DNA of 64,000 nt, taken from assembly GCA_904063045.1 (NCBI GenBank), contig CAJFCJ010000011.1, forward strand, positions 248,001-312,000, read 5' to 3'. Below the pieces are notes generated by a model. It worked only from the letters and a program-made list of their open reading frames with translations, ran no database searches and was not told the DNA's origin. Positions 63,040 to 64,000 of the stretch are shown piece by piece (the first letter of the stretch is position 1; each line of letters opens with the position of its first letter). The position numbers and the translations under genes were made by a program. This DNA comes from Dimorphilus gyrociliatus (taxonomy: Eukaryota; Animalia; Annelida).

Positions 63040-64000
63040 ACCCAAATAATTATTTTAGTATCGTTGCTAATAGCTTATGTTTTTTGATGAATAAACATGA
63101 ATGATTTGTGTCATTATTTTAAATTTAGTTGATATTATACCTCTTTCGAAAATCTCAACCTCCAATATAGCATGAGAACCAAGTGATGTAATTTCAATCT
63201 GAGATGCCTGAGTTTCGGGGATTATCTCACAAACAGTTTGCTCGTATCTATAATTTCCACTTAATAAATAAGCTTTTTGTACATTAGATATATCTTTTAT
63301 TGTAATTCTTATTCCATTGTTTACTGTTCCAGCATGATTTGCTGTTAAAGATAAATTAATTAGTCCTATAGAAATATTACTAATTAGATAAAACTTTACC
63401 TGTAATGCAAAAAACTTTTATATCAATAGGTGGTGAAAGTGTTGCTCTGACGTAATTATTGTTTACTTGATTTAGCTCGAAAGATGAACCTCTTGAAATA
63501 TATATTCCATCTAGTAAAAAGCTCTTCCTGTCGATACTACTTTCATGCATAGCAACAATGTCTTTTGTATTCCCTACAAAATGAAAATTATAATAACGAA
63601 ATATTGAATATGTCTAAATTTTTAAGGAAATAGCTAACGATTCGAATTCGGATTTCCTATTTTTCTTCCATAAACAAATAGTTCGGAAAATTCAAAGAAA
63701 TGTTTTGATTTAACATCATTCTCATCAATCATATGAATTAATATATATTGCCCTCTTATTGGTTGTGAACATTTAAAAATGTAACTTTTCCCATCCTTAT
63801 AGCTAGTTTGTGCGGGATTAAAATTTTCAACACAATATTTATTCAATGTAGATTTCATTGTTTGTGGATAGTCGCTAATTGATATATACATGAAGGAAAA
63901 TTCTTTTGAGTTTGCTATAGAAAAATATCAAAATTTTAGCCATGTACAGTATTTTTACTCTTATAAATTTGTTAATTAACCTGACGTAGCGCCAACTACA
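63040..64000 (-). CDS. Galactose-binding-like (F5/8 type C / fucolectin-like) domain protein; 3' exons only, 5' part beyond the right edge
   Basis: Exon with YIFKCSQPIRGQYILI..FEFSELFVYG and further in-frame exons ending AILEVEIFE. The last exon and stop are uncertain. Confidence 0.6.

Noticed and set aside
1-64000. Non-standard genetic code, readthrough or CRISPR-like arrays
   Set aside because: The ORF-ending stops I checked are explained by short introns, and no spaced direct-repeat array was seen. The many short antisense ORFs in the track are shadows of real exons.

Overview
Gene-dense, very AT-rich eukaryotic (metazoan) DNA with tiny GT-AG introns of about 50-80 nt. This fits a compact-genome invertebrate; a spiralian such as a miniature annelid is my inference, not established. 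The left part (1-39.4 kb) holds mostly intron-containing, recognisable genes: a PEP-synthase/rifampin-phosphotransferase-like fusion enzyme, a TRPA-type channel, an EGF-FN3 receptor tyrosine phosphatase, TMEM55/PIP4P, GRXCR1, PRORSD1, CEP128, an LRR membrane protein, tepsin, mitochondrial GrpE and SPATA5L1. The right part (39.8-63 kb) is an accessory island of intron-poor paralogues: four tandem genes with a BC-box-like N-terminus and a C-terminal SOCS box, and four TRIM-like coiled-coil/beta-propeller genes with a full, remnant or absent RING. Interspersed are a tRNA-Ile with the unusual GAT anticodon, a class A GPCR, a Tc1 relic and a spliced Ras-fold gene whose G-boxes are degenerate. Gene models were spliced by eye, so exon edges and some starts are approximate. 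No database search was run, and family calls rest on recalled motifs.
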